Below are positions 12,644 through 26,857 of a stretch of 64,000 nt of DNA, piece by piece (the first letter of the stretch is position 1; each line of letters starts with the position of its first letter). The position numbers were made by a program, and so were the translations under genes. The DNA is from Chrysomallon squamiferum (taxonomy: Eukaryota; Animalia; Mollusca). The notes beneath the pieces were generated by a model. That model made no database searches and was not told the origin of the DNA. It worked only from the letters and a program-made list of their open reading frames with translations. The DNA lies in assembly GCA_012295275.1 (NCBI GenBank), contig CM022671.1:33480001-33544000 (forward strand), given 5' to 3'.

Positions 12644-15600
12644 TCAGAACTGTCTTTTTCTGTACATCACAACTGGACCTGTGGGGAAGTACAAGTAAGA
12701 CTTTCCAGTCAGGTAATGCTGCTCTCCTTTGGCTTTCTGTCTTGTGTTACCATTGATATCATAAACCGACATATCCCTGACATCAAGATATTGCCTTTGA
12801 TTAATATGGAGAATCTGCCTTCCATTCATATTAGAATTCAGTATGTCTCTGCCGTCATCATTAAGCCTATCCTTCACATCAGCATTCTTCCTTCCATTCA
12901 TATTAGCATTCAGCCTGTCTCTGTTTTCATCATTAAGCCTATCCTTGACATCAGCATTCTGCCTTCCATTCATATTACCATACAGCCTTTCTCTGTTTTC
13001 ATCATTAAGTCTATCCTTGACATCAACATTCTGCCTTCCATTCACATTAGCATTCAGCCTGTCTCTGTTTTCATCATTAAGTCTATCCTTCACATCAACA
13101 TCCTGTCTTCCATTCACATTAGCATTCAGCCTTTCTCTGTTGTCATCATAAAGCCTATCCTTGTCATCAGCATTCTGACTTCCATTGACATTAGCAGTGA
13201 CCATTTCTCTGTTGTCATCATTAAGCCTATCTTTGACATCAGCATTCTGCCTTCCATTGGCATTATCATTCAGCTTTTCTCTGTTGTCATCATTAAGCCT
13301 ATCCTTGACATCAACATTCTGGCGTCCATTCACATTAGCATTCTGCCTTTCTCTGTTCTGATCATTAAGACTATGCTTGACATCAGCATTCTTCCTTCCA
13401 TTCACATTAGCATTCGGCCTTTCTCTGTTGTTATCATTAAGCCAATGCTTGACATGAGCATTCTGCCTTCCACTCACATTGCCATTAACCTTTCCTCTGT
13501 TGTCATCATAAAGCCTATCCTTGTCATCAGCATTCTGACTTCCATTGACATTAGCAGTGACCATTTCTCTGTTGTCATCATTAAGCCTATCTTTGACATC
13601 AGCATTCTCATTGGCATTATCATTCAGCTTTTCTCTGTTGTCATCATTAAGCCTATCCTTGACATCAACATTCTGCCGTCCATTCACATTAGCATTCTGC
13701 CTTTCTCTGTTCTGATCATTAAGACTATGCTTGACATCAGCATTCTTCCTTCCATTCACATTAGCATTCGGCCTTTCTCTGTTGTTATCATTAAGCCAAT
13801 GCTTGACATGAGCATTCTGCCTTCCACTCACATTGCCATTAACCTTTCCTCTGTTGTCATCATTAAGCCTATCCTTGTCGTCAGCATTCTGACTTCCATT
13901 GACATTAGCATTCAGCCTTTCTCTGCCGTTATCATTAAGCCTATATTTGATATCAGCATTCTTCCTTCCATTGACATAAGCATTCAGCCTTTCTCTGTTG
14001 TCATCATTAAGCCTATCCTTCAGATAACCATTCTGCCTTCCATTCACATTAGCATTCACCCTTTCTCTGCTGCCATCATTAAGCCTATCCTTGTCATCAG
14101 CATTCTGACTTCCATTGACATTAGCAGTGAGCATTTCTCTGCTGCCATCATTAAGCCTATCGTTGACATCAGCATTCTGCCTTCCATTCATATTAGCACT
14201 CAGCCTTTCTCTTTTGTCATCATTAAGCCTATCTTTGACATCAGCATTCTGCCTTCCATTCATATTAGCACTCAGCCTTTCTCTTTTGTCATCATTAAGC
14301 CTATCCTTGACATCAACATTCTGCCGTCCATTCACATTAGCATTCAGCCTTTCTCTGTTGTCATCATTAAGCCTATCCTTGACATCAACATTCTGCCGTC
14401 CATTCACATTATCATTCAGCTTTTCTCTGTTGTCATCATTAAGCCTATCCTTGACATCAACATTCTGCCGTCCATTCACATTAGCATTCAGCCTTTCTCT
14501 GTTCTGATCATTAAGACTATGCTTGACATCAGCATTCCTCCTTCCATTCACATTAGCATTCGGCCTTTCTCTGTTGTTATCATTAAGCCAATGCTTGACA
14601 TGAGCATTCTGCCTTCCATTCACATTCCCATTAACCTTTTCTCTGTTGTCATCATTAAGCCTATCTTTGACATCAGTATTCTGCCTTCCATTCAAATTAG
14701 CACTCAGCCTTTCTCTTTTGTCATCATTAAGCCTATCTTTGACAACAGCATTCTGCCATCCATTGGCAATAACATTTAGCCTTTCTCTGTTGTCCTCATT
14801 AAGCCTATCCTTGAGATCAGCATTCTGCCTTCCTTTCATATTAACATTCAGCCTTTTTCTGCTGTCATCGTTAACCCTATCCTTGCCATGAGCATTCTGA
14901 TTTCCATTGAAATTTGCAGTGAACATTTCTCTGTTATCATCATTACACCTATCTTTGACATCAGCATTCTGCCTTCCATTGACATAAACATTCAGCCTTT
15001 CTGTATTGTCATCATTAAACCTATCTTTGATATCAGCATTATGCCATCCATTGGCAATAACATTAAGCCTTTCATCATTAAGCCTATCCTTGAGATGAGC
15101 ATTCTGCCTTCCATTGACATTAGTATTCAGCATTTCTTTTTTGTCATCGTTAAGTCTATCCTTGACATCAGCACTCTGCCTATCTTTGACATCAGCATTC
15201 AACTTTCCATTGACATTAGGGTTCAGCCTTTCTCTGTTGTCATCATTACGCCGATCCTTGACATCAACATTCTGCCGTCCATTGACATTAGCACTCAGCC
15301 TTTCTCTGTTATTATCGTTAAACCGATTCCTGACATCAGCATTCTTTCTTCTATTCATATTAGTACTCAGCCTTTCTTTTTTATCATCATTAAGCCTATC
15401 CTTGACATTAATATCCTGCCTTCTATATTGCAGCTGTTGACTTGGTGAAGTTGCTTCTGATACTGTGCTTCCTGAATTTTCAAACTCGCTATTATCTGAA
15501 GATAGGAACTGTTTATTTACAGGTACAACCTGCTGTCCAATATCCAATGCAGACTGGTAATTATCCAATTTCTTCCTTTTTGTTAAAAGTTTTTCGAGGA

Positions 15601-16934
15601 TCATGTCACATTCTGGACGGAAGAGAATACTGGGTGGTGCAAACCCATTTTCCTTGCTTAGACGAATGATGGTCTGTCGTTGCCCTTCAGTTATGTACAG
15701 CAGCAGCTGAGGAGGAAAATTCCATGTGGTCCGACCACTGACGTCCTGATAGAAGAGCTTGTTTCTTGTAGCAGCCTCTTGACTTCTGTGAATTGTCCAG
15801 CCATCTGGCAGGGCAGCATCTGTGAGAAGAATCCCACATTCACATCTTTCTAAATCCTTCAGTTTCCTTCTAAGGATCTCTAACTTAGGAGCATTTTCAT
15901 CAAGTGGGGTTGAGTAATAAACATTATCCATGTTGGCACAGTCTGGAGGAGGCAATGGTGGTCGACTGTTTGGTAAACTAGCTTTCGTCTGACGGTACTT
16001 TTCAGTGATGTTTGTTCTTATGTCTGGATCTTTCTGACTGGATGATCGCAGCCCAATGGCTACTGCTTTTACTTTAGTTACCCTATCAAGTGACATGCGT
16101 TTTTCACTCCTGTGGTTTCTTACAGGATGTGCTCTTTTACCTTCTGGAAAACAAAAAAGTGTTTAATCCTCTTTTATGAAATAGGTCAAAGAATACAACA
16201 GATATAAAAGAGATATGTTAGTGTTGAAATATATATCATTACTCAAGGAAATAATATTTATAGGTATTTTATACATTTAAAGAGAGTTAAAAAAATGCAA
16301 TTAATCTGAGATAATTTAGTCTGAACATTAACATTTACTATATAATATAATTATAATAATAATTTAATGCAACGATAACAACAAAAGAGTAAATGATGAA
16401 AAAAAAAAAAAAACTATATCAATAATAACATAAAACAACAACAACAAAAAACATGATGAACAGCAACCATAATAACAATAATAACAACAGAATTAATATT
16501 AGAATTAGTGATAGTAATCGTGATCTAATACAAGAGTGCTGTATAGTAAAGATACCAAATCGCTGTACCTGGACTCATTGCTAAGAAGGACGGCTGTAGT
16601 GAGTTTGCTGATGTCGCAGGTAGTATCATGACCATCTGTTCATCGGGCTGCATCGTTCTTTTACTCACACCGCCCAACCTTTCGTAGTCCGAGTAGTTGT
16701 TAATTGGATAGAGCAAGCGCACATTCTCTATCTTTTGCAAGTTACGTATACTGTGTTGCTTGTAAAAGCTACACAGTTTCATGAATGACATGAATTTGAT
16801 TCCAGGAACGATATAATACTGGAAATGTACACCTTGTTTCTCTATAACCACATTTATATGTCGTACAGAACTTTCACTAATACTGTAGAATAGATAAATA
16901 AATAAACAAATCAATAACTGATATCAACAACAGC

Positions 16935-16997
<63 letters not shown>

Positions 16998-18444
16998 TTA
17001 TAACAGTAATAGTAATAAACTATGAGATAAATTAAAAAGTTAATAAATTTTAAACTTAAGAAGCAATGTCAAATAAGCTGGTATTGGTACACTGCCTTTT
17101 TATAAACAATATCAGTATACTTGACAAAGACATCATTGACAATCATCCAGTAAAAAAGAACAGTTATAAAATGAAATCAGAAAAAATAAAAATAAAATAC
17201 ATTTGAGAACAATTTTCTTTAAACTTAAATGTTCTGAAACAAATTATTTCAAAACATTTAGATAATTATTATATAACTAACCATTTATCATCAAGAATTA
17301 TTTTCTGATATTCACACTCATTTCTTATAAACTCTAAATATATTGATATTCTCATATTTTACCTGACAGATAAAGACAAGTAGTTATCTCCCTTCGTACT
17401 CAGCCGCAACAGATACCATCCAGTACTTACAGGACCGTAATGTTTAATGTACCTTGTCGCCTGTAGAATAAAAATACAAATAAATTAGGTAATGAAATAT
17501 TAAAAGCAATCAAAATTAGTTAATAAATGATAGACACAAAATATACGTGTACAAATATAAAATCATACAAAGAAACCAACCAACCAGTTATCCTGATCTC
17601 CTCATGAAGTGAAGCATATAGACATGTGTATTTTCACATATATAAATAAACAAACAAACTCATGCCCATACACTTACTTATCTCCCTGCCTACTTATCTA
17701 TCTATGTATCTAATCAGTGTATGAAAGCATAACCTTGTGTTTACAATTCTAATCAGTTTGAGGAGAATGACATAAAATGTGTAACAGTGCTAGACTGCAC
17801 AAGAGATGGCAGCTTTAATCATAAATGATAATGCAGATATAATATCTCTACATCTGAACATCTCTATTGACATAAGTTTTTTTGCTTTAATTTAATAAGA
17901 TGCAGTAGACTGCAAGACCCATCAGCCTATCTTTTATTTTACCCAGTGATTCACAGTTGATGTACAAAAATCTATATGGTAAGTGCTATGTTATCTGCAG
18001 GATGGAGCATGTCTAAAGGGTCTCTTGCTGTTAATCAGAAAGAGTAGCTCACAAAATGGCAGCAGTGGGTTTCCTCTATCATTATCTCAGTGATGCCTAA
18101 ACTTTAAAACCATAGGTATGATAATTATGTTGATGGCATAATAAAATACAAATTACTTCATTTCTTTATTCAAAATGTTTAGTTATAACACCTGGCTATA
18201 AATACACAATCAAGAAAGTCAACAAACTATATATAACTGTTAATATTGATATGACAATGAAATATGTATATACATCAATATATACAAACCATACAACAAT
18301 AAGCATTGATGTCTCAGTGACAATATATGTATGACATATAACAGATCAGAAACTTACCTCTTGACTATTTGTAATGTCTGGAAAGAAGAAGGGTAAAGTT
18401 GCAATTTCCTCTGGTACATAATTCGTATGACTAGCTTCAGCCAT
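12644..18444 (-). CDS. Copy B: SH2-WW-repeat adaptor, ~1332 aa (exons 18444-18358, 17460-17363, 16882-16569, 16143-12644)
   Basis: Same exon structure with exons of 87, 98, 314 and 3500 nt, all in frame. GWYLLRLS SH2 core, RPPLPPP, WW, ~36 repeats, tail ...GKSYLYFPTGPVVMYRKRQF. Confidence 0.85.
12800..15430 (-). repeat. Coding 72-bp minisatellite, ~36 units (copy B)
   Basis: Same unit, with a 360-bp higher-order repeat (the lines at 13141 and 13501 are identical). Confidence 0.95.
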
Positions 18445-19780
18445 CACTGGTGTGAGGATTCTGTTAAACGTTTTTGTGTACTTCTGAGCTAAATAACAAC
18501 ACAATATTATTATTTGACAGTATATGAGTGTTTGCATAATATCTATTTTAAGGAATGTTTTTAAATAAAAAGCTGGCACACAATCAAATTACCATTCACA
18601 AAGCAATTATGTTTGAATAATAATTGTGCCTTCAGTTGGAAGAATAGTACGAAGAAAAAAAATCCATAAAAAATAGTGAAGTAACAAGGAAACTGAAAAT
18701 GTCAATAGATACTAAATAAATTAAAAATAAAAATATTCTTGTCTAGAAGTTGAGTATTTAGTTACAGTGAGTCATACTGACCTAAATAGTATCGATTTTA
18801 TAAATCAAAACAGTCAAAACCACATTACACACACTGTAAGTGTTTAATTTATAAATATATTATTAGAGCATAAACTGCTAGTGTTCCTATAATAAATATT
18901 ACTAGTAGTGATGAAATAAGAACTGTAATTAATAATAATATTAATAATAATAATAATAATAACAACAACAACAACAACAATAACAATAATAAGAATAAAA
19001 TAAGAATAAGAATATATAATAATAATAATAATTAAATATTAAAATCTTCAAATTCTGTCGACGATGGTTCAAAACCTATATAAAATATCCTGAATTAAAT
19101 AACAATCATTTGATACACAACTACTTTATAGCTTTCTTTCTAAGCAGCAAAAATATTGCAACTAATAACAACGTAGGTATTAATTTCATAATGAAATATT
19201 CAACTCTATTCCTTCATATTAATATTTAGCAAAATTTCAGATGTATAATACAATTAGGTCTACTCTGATTCAGACTGGGTGATAAGTAAATGTAGAGCTT
19301 TGGCCAATTTTCGTTCTACTGATACACCAAGTTTATTTCATTTGAAATGCAGTGGTTAAAGATGCATACGATCATCTACTTTTGATAAAATGTCATTACA
19401 GAGGAGTGTTATCGGGTGTAAAAAAAAACAAACCAAAATACATTATTAGAGCAAAATCTAAGGGAATAAAGTGAAACAGTTAATTGATTTTCAGTTAAGA
19501 AAATTATCTCAAAAGTTTACATAATCTTGCACACAAGTTATGACTAACTTTAGGTTTCTAAGAATTATGTATTTAATATTAGGAATTATTACTCCAGACT
19601 AAGATTCCAAGTAACAATAACATTCACTAGTCTCTAGAAGACAGACTAAAAATTGTTTATTAATCATTACAAGTCTTAAAAACGACTATTGCAAAATTAT
19701 TTATTTTATTGAAATTATTTGTATTGATTTGATATATAAACAGAACCTTCTAGTGTTTCGTCTTCATGAAATAAAAAATG

Positions 19781-19799
19781 TAATAACAATAATAATAAC

Positions 19800-19859
<60 letters not shown>

Positions 19860-19878
19860 AAGAAGAAGAAGAAGAAGA
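19781..19878. repeat. (AAT)n(AAG)n compound microsatellite (also ~40533-40625)
   Basis: Directly visible. Confidence 0.95.
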
Positions 19879-21246
19879 AAAGGATAAAAAATAATAACAG
19901 AAATATTAAAGTGAATTTTCTAGCCAATAAATATAAAATAATTAAAATCAAAATCTAAATACAGATCTGTCGCGAACATAAATTCCTGTAATTGAAATAA
20001 ATATATACATAAATATATTAAGTACCTTAATGAAAGTCCTTTATAAAAACTAATTACAATGAAAAACATAAAATGTAATACTTTTACAGGTACAATCTAT
20101 GACTAAGTGTTCTGTATATCAAACGGTCTCTTTATCTAAAAGTAGTTTAGACAGGCCTATATCACTTGTCATTCATATTATTGCTGAAACTGATTGTATG
20201 ATGATTAAAGTCAAATAGACTGAGTAACTATGTTGATATTTAAGGCTGAACTTAAAAGTTTAGCCTTTGCTAGAAGCATTAATAATACACGTTAATTCTA
20301 ACATGTACTAATAGTAATACTCACTCATGTTCATTAACTGACAAAGTTTTTATGGGAACTTTTCACGTCTATTTTGATATTTTTTCCATTTCTTTTACCC
20401 TTAACCAGGAAATTATTGAGCGTCTTCCTGAACAGAAAACGAAACTAAAAAAGAGGGGAAGGCTGACTCGTTGTTAATAGTAACGGGTCCGAAAGTCGTT
20501 ACTGATTTAAGGTTATACAAAAATGCAGTAAGCTACAAACTTGGTATTACTGCTGCCGCCACAATCAGAACATCACTGTCATATTAAGACTATAGCTGCT
20601 GCAATTAGTAGTCCTATAATTATTATACTAGTACTACTACTAATACTACCACTACTGGTACTATTATTGCTAAAATGGTTGCTGCAGCTACCACCACAAG
20701 CATACCAGTATAAATTATTTATATGTACCATAACATTGACAACTTCTAATACTTCTACTATTACACTACTACTACCACCGTAGCTTCTAGCTATTTTTAC
20801 GACTACTTCTATCCTACAATTTATTTAAGCATCATACTGTTATTGACCCTCTATTTTCTTTCTCTGTCCTCGTCTTCGTGCTATTATTAGCTGCTTTATG
20901 AATTTGATTGTACTTTCGTGTCTCCGTAAAGATATGCGTGTTTAATATCCCATACATGCTGAATATAAGAATATTTACATAATGAAGACATGTTTATCAT
21001 CGTAAGAAATATGATCATCACCTAGTATATGCTTCTCTTAAAATAAATATATAGATGAATGACTGAATGAACGAATGAATAAATAAATATGCCGTTAAAC
21101 ATTTCTTCATTCATAATACTACAAGCATTAGTATAACTCCAATAAATACAACTATTGCTGCTTCTGATACTATTACTGCTGTTATTATTGTTAATATTAA
21201 TATTTTTTATTCCTTATAGTGTTCTCGTCTCAAAACCAAAATTATA

Positions 21247-22040
21247 TAGGGGAAACTGGGGACCTTTGAGCCATTTTTAAAATATTTGACCATTGCACCG
21301 AAACATTGGTATCTGTTGATAGAAACGAATAGAGGCATTATTGCTTTCGATTACAATGTAGAGTTTGATAGGCTGTCTTCATCAACGTCGTTATGGGAGA
21401 CCTGTATGTAACAGGGTTAGCGATGGCTCATTGCGCACCAGAGAAAGTGACCAATGAGCCACCCTTTCAGGTCATATTGGCCATGATCTTAAACAGTGAA
21501 AGAAGCTATAAACAACACATATAAATCGGGTTTCTTTTCTTTTTTCTTATTATTATTTTTCTTTTTTTTTTTATAAATATTCCTGTCAGAAATTTCATTT
21601 TAAGTGCACATAATGCAACAAACTAAAGGGCGAATAACATTTTTAACATTCACCTCAGTCTTGGGCATTTTGTGCTAATGATTCAGTCTCCATGTTTTCA
21701 ACGTAGTTTCAAGAGTCCTAGGAAACAGTAAATGGTTTTCAAGATTGAATCCGTCAAAACTGACACTGAGTTGTATGATTCCCTTGTGATTTTTTGGTAT
21801 TTTGCACAACAGGTTTAGTAAGGATATACAAAATTAAATCAGCCTCAACTGAGCTTATTTCTTCCTGGAGAGGCTCAATAAATGCAAATGATATAGCGTG
21901 GGAGATTTTCTGAGAAAATGGTATGTACATTTTATGGATAAATAAGTAAATTTTGTATACTTCCTAATTTTTATTTTATGTATTCAAACTAATCTTTTCC
22001 AGTGATATCTATTATGAGACAAGGAGAATAGGAGAATAGT
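21247..22040 (-). mobile_element. Putative 3' remnant of a pogo/Tc1-mariner-like DNA transposon; homologues at ~9430-10190, 30895-31670, 41992-42800, 50057-50470 (partial) and 61230-61990
   Basis: TA followed by a TIR-like GGGGAAACTGGGGACCTTTGAGCCA at 21247-21273, and the subterminal inverted pair TGGCTCATTG/CAATGAGCCA. A variably frameshifted ORF (FIEPVQEEISS.EAD.IL.ILPK.VVQ...SFDGFNL) points toward that end. Confidence 0.4.
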
Positions 22041-24461
22041 TGCATTTTGCCAAATGTCAAGTGATCTTTCATGTCATTGGTGTGCCTTGGTCTGTTCTCT
22101 TCTGTTAATGTACTACTACTACTACTACTACTAGTAATAATAATAATAATAATAATTCTATTACAGATACTATTACTACTAATTCTCCTCTAAGTATTAT
22201 TACACATATTATTATAATGTGTTAAGATAAAAGAAAGATAGTATATTTTCAGATTCTATCAGTGTTTTCATATGTTATTATTATTGGTTTCCAGTAATCT
22301 GTCCTTAAAATTAGATTACAGAATCAAATCGGAATATAAATAGACTATAAATGTGTTTGTACCGAAAATATAATATAGTGGTTTTATGATAAAACAACAA
22401 AAATATAGTAGGATTATGAAAGTACAGCAACCTCTAGTTATAAAACATGGTATATATTATAATAGTTTTATAATAATATAGAGACTGCATTATGATAATA
22501 CATCAACAAGAATATTATTTTCTCTGAATATTTTCAATTTGAAAATGTGACATTAAATTCTGTAATCATTAAACATTTAATAGAAGAAAATCTACTACTT
22601 TATTTACATAATCCTTAAGTTTTCTTGAATATTATACATATAAAAAAAATATTAAAATATTTTACATATAATTTATGAAATAAGAACAAAGTAGAAAAGA
22701 AAATACTACACTAAAATCCCACCAGTCTATTTTAGTTGCTAAGCACAAAGAATTAAAAAAATAAAATATATATATATAATATAAATCTTATAAGAAAAAA
22801 ACATTATATGAGTGCACAAAAATACATAAAGAAATACATTTTTAAATTAATTCCAAATTAAGAAAGACATAACTCCTCTTTCGGTGTATTTACACAATTC
22901 ATTGTTCATATTAAAATGTGCAACTGTGAAACTTTGTAAAAACATGGACAAAGATAAAAATATAGTGCAGTGAATTTATTTAGTCTTTTTCCACAAAATA
23001 TTTTACATTTTCTCACGCACACACACACACACACATTATATACATGTATAGCAAAAACAAAAACAACTTTGATGGTCATCGTTGTAGTTTTACAAACGCA
23101 AGACCAAAATAGGCATCCTAACATCAGTCTTTACATATATAGGTATAGATCCTCATAAGTATGAATTTATTAAATCATTTAACTCTGTCATGAGAATAGA
23201 TGAAGTTCAGTAATTCTTTAACATAATTTAATATTCAAAAAATGCAAAACAAACATAAATAATAATAATAATTAAAATTTATAAATCAAACATAATAAAA
23301 AAAAAGAATAATAATAAATTAAATGAATCTCTACATGTTTATCCCATCAGAAATAAAAATAAAAATATGTAAGTTCCAGAATTCTAATAAGCTTGTTATT
23401 TATTATTGTCATACTTTATTAATGGTAAAGTAACAAATTAAACAAACTCATGGAAGTATTGTGTGTTTAATATGTTATTTTGTACTGCACCTGGCACACA
23501 TTCACATTCAAATGTATATAGATTTTTTATTAATTCTTATTTACTTATTTATTCTTATTTTATTATGATTTTGTTATTATGTTTGAATGTGTATCCAGAT
23601 TAATCAGAACATTAAAGTGTACTAGATGCAGTACAAAATGCTAAATATTTATATATACTTAAATTTCAAGAACTGTCTCACTGGTTTATCTAGATAAAAC
23701 TAAACCTACATATTACAGTGAATGCATCTGAAAGATAATAAAGTAATGTACATTTTCTCAGTTATAAAAATATTCAGCAGAATGTCTAAGCTTTTGGCAG
23801 AAGGGCTGTGGCAAGGCACATCAAAGAACTTATTTTGTAGTTGCATAGTTTAGAAAGATTCCTATTTTTCAAGTTATTAATACAGTATATTTATTATGAA
23901 ACAATTTTTCCCAAACTAGCATCAGTTCTAGTCTGACAACACAACATTTATTTAATTATTAATTTATTTATTTGTATTTTAAATTGATTATTTCTGGCAT
24001 ATTTAGTGTGAGTATGAATATTTGTGTTAAGCATTTAGCTGCACATACACATCATCTCTTTATAAAGATGTCTCTGTGACTGTGCAAGTGTACAAAGTTT
24101 ATATCCAAATGTCAGTAACTTGATACTCTATTTATTCAAATCACTGGTCTTATTCATTATTAAAAGATTAATATATTATGCAGAGTTCTTTAACATTTAA
24201 AAAACAAACAAAAAACATTTATTAACTATTTGAAGTAAATTGTAAACCACTACACCATAGTAAGTTGTTAGATAAGCTGTAAATCCCTTGTACTTTTAAT
24301 TTTAAGTTTCCAATTTAGAACTTTTATTACTGTATGTATTTGGTCACATCGGGTAGACAAAAGAAATAGTGATATATGACACAGTTTGTTGTTATATGCC
24401 CAGTTCTGTATGAAAATTTCGCTGAACACTAAGTCAACCTTGCTGAGGATGTCTCTCTGGA

Positions 24462-25942
24462 TCAGAACTGTCTTTTTCTGTACATCACAACTGGACCTGT
24501 GGGGAAGTACAAGTAAGACTTTCCAGTCAGGTACTGATGCTCTCCTTTGGCTTTCTGTCTTGAGTTAGCATTAATATCATAAACCGACATATCCCTGACA
24601 TCAAGATATTGCCTTTGATTAATATGGAGAATCTGCCTTCCATTCATATTAGAATTCAGTATGTCTCTGCCGTCATCATTAAGCCTATCCTTCACATCAG
24701 CATTCTTCCTTCCATTCATATTAGCATTCAGCCTGTCTCTGTTTTCATCATTAAGTCTATCCTTGACATCAACATTCTGCCTTCCATTCACATTACCATA
24801 CAGCCTTTCTCTCTTATCATCATTAAACCTATCTTTGATATCAGCATTATGCTATCCATTGGCAATAACATTCAGCCTTTGTCTTATGTCATAATTAAGC
24901 CTATCCTTGAGATCAGCTTTCTGCCTTCCATTGATATTAGTATTCAGCCTTTCTCTGTTGTCGTCGTTAAGGCTATCGTTGACATGAGCATTCTGATTTC
25001 CATTGTCATTAGCATTCAGCCTTTGTCTTATGTCATCATTAAGCCTATCCTTCAGATCAGCATTCAACTTTCCATTGACATTAGCATTCAGCGTTTCTCT
25101 GTTGTCATCATTACGCGTATCCTTGACATCAACATTCTGCCGTCCATTGACATTAGCACTCAACCTTTCTCTCTTATTATTATTAAGCCAATTCATGACA
25201 TAAGCATTCTTCCATCTATTCATATTAGTACTCAGCCTTTCTCTTTTATCATCATTAAGCCTATCCTTAACATTAATATCCTGCCTTCTATATTGCAGCT
25301 GTTCACTTGGTGAAGTTGCTTCTGATACTGTGCTTCCTGAATTCTCAAACTCGCTATTATCTGAAGATAGGAACTGTTTATTTACAGGTACAACCTGCTG
25401 TCCAATATCCAATGCAGAGTGGTAATTATCCAATTTCTTCCTTTTTGTTAAAAGTTTTTCGAGGATTATGTCACATTCTGGACTGAAGAGAATACTGGGT
25501 GGTGCAAACCCATTATCCTTGCTTAGACGAATGATGGTCTGTCGTTGTCCTTCAGTTATGTTCAGCAGCAGCTGAGGAGGAAAATTCCATGTGGTCCGAC
25601 CATTGACGTCCTGATAGAAGAGTTTGTTTTTTGTAGCAGCCTCTTGACTTCTGTGAAGTGTCCAGCCATCTGGCAGGGCAGCATCTATGAGAAGAATCCC
25701 ACATTCACATCTTTCTAAATGCTTCAGTTTCCTTGTAAGGGTCTGTAACTTAGGAGCATTTTCATCAAGTGGGGTTGATTAATAAACATCATCCATGTTG
25801 GCACAGTCTGGAGGAGGCAATGGTGGTCGACTGTCTGGTACACTAGCTTTCCTCTGACGGTCCTTTTCAGTGATGTTTGTTCTTATGTCTGGAGCTTTCT
25901 GACTGGATGATCGCAGCCCAATGGCTACTGCTTTTACTTCAG
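24462..25942 (-). pseudogene. Copy C: dead remainder of the last exon (WW, ~9 repeats, Tyr tail)
   Basis: Lies downstream of the frameshift stop and has two more nonsense codons in the ancestral frame: Tyr->TAA at 25779-25781 and Trp->TAG at 24852-24854. Confidence 0.8.
24625..25295 (-). repeat. 72-bp minisatellite, ~9 units (copy C)
   Basis: Same unit, contains a nonsense codon. Confidence 0.9.
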
Positions 25943-26819
25943 TTACCCTATCAAGTGGCTGAATAATGGTATTCTTTTCTGCTTTCTGAGAGAAGAAGTG
26001 CTGGAACTTCTTACAGGATGTGCTCTTTTAGCTTCTGTAAAACAAAACAGTGTTTACTCCTCTTTTATGAAATAGGTTAAAGAATACTTTGGATATAAAA
26101 GAGATATGTTAATGTTGAAATATCTATCATTAGTCAAGGAAATAATATTTATAGGCATTTTCTACATTTAAAGAGAGTTTAAAAAATGCAATTAATCTGA
26201 GATAATTTAGTGTGAACCTAAACTTTAACTATATAATATAATTATAATAATAATTTAATGCAACGATAACAACAAAAGAGTAAATGATAAAACTATATCA
26301 ATAATAACATAAAACAACAACAACAACAAAAAAACATTATGAACAGCAACCATAATAATAATAATAACAACAGAATTAATATTAGAATTAGTGATAGTAA
26401 TCGTGATCTAATACAAGAGTGCTGTATAGTAAAGATACCAAATCGCTGTACCTGGACTCATTGCTAAGAAGGACGGCTGTCGTGAGTTTGCTGATGTCGC
26501 AGGTAGTATCATGACCATCTGTTCATCGGGCTGCATCGTTCTTTTACTCACACCGCCCAACCTTTCGTAGTCCGAGTAGTTGTTAATTGGATAGAGCAAG
26601 CGCACATTCTCTATGTTTTGAAAGTTACGTATACTGTGCTGCTTGTAAAATGTACACAGTTTCATGAATGACATGAATTTGATTCCAGGAACGATAAAAT
26701 ACTGGATATGTACACCTTGTTTCTCTATAACAACATTTATATGTCGTACAGAACTTTCACCGATACTGTAGAATAGATAAATAAATAAACAAATCAATAA
26801 CTGATATCAATAACAGTAA

Positions 26820-26857
<38 letters not shown>

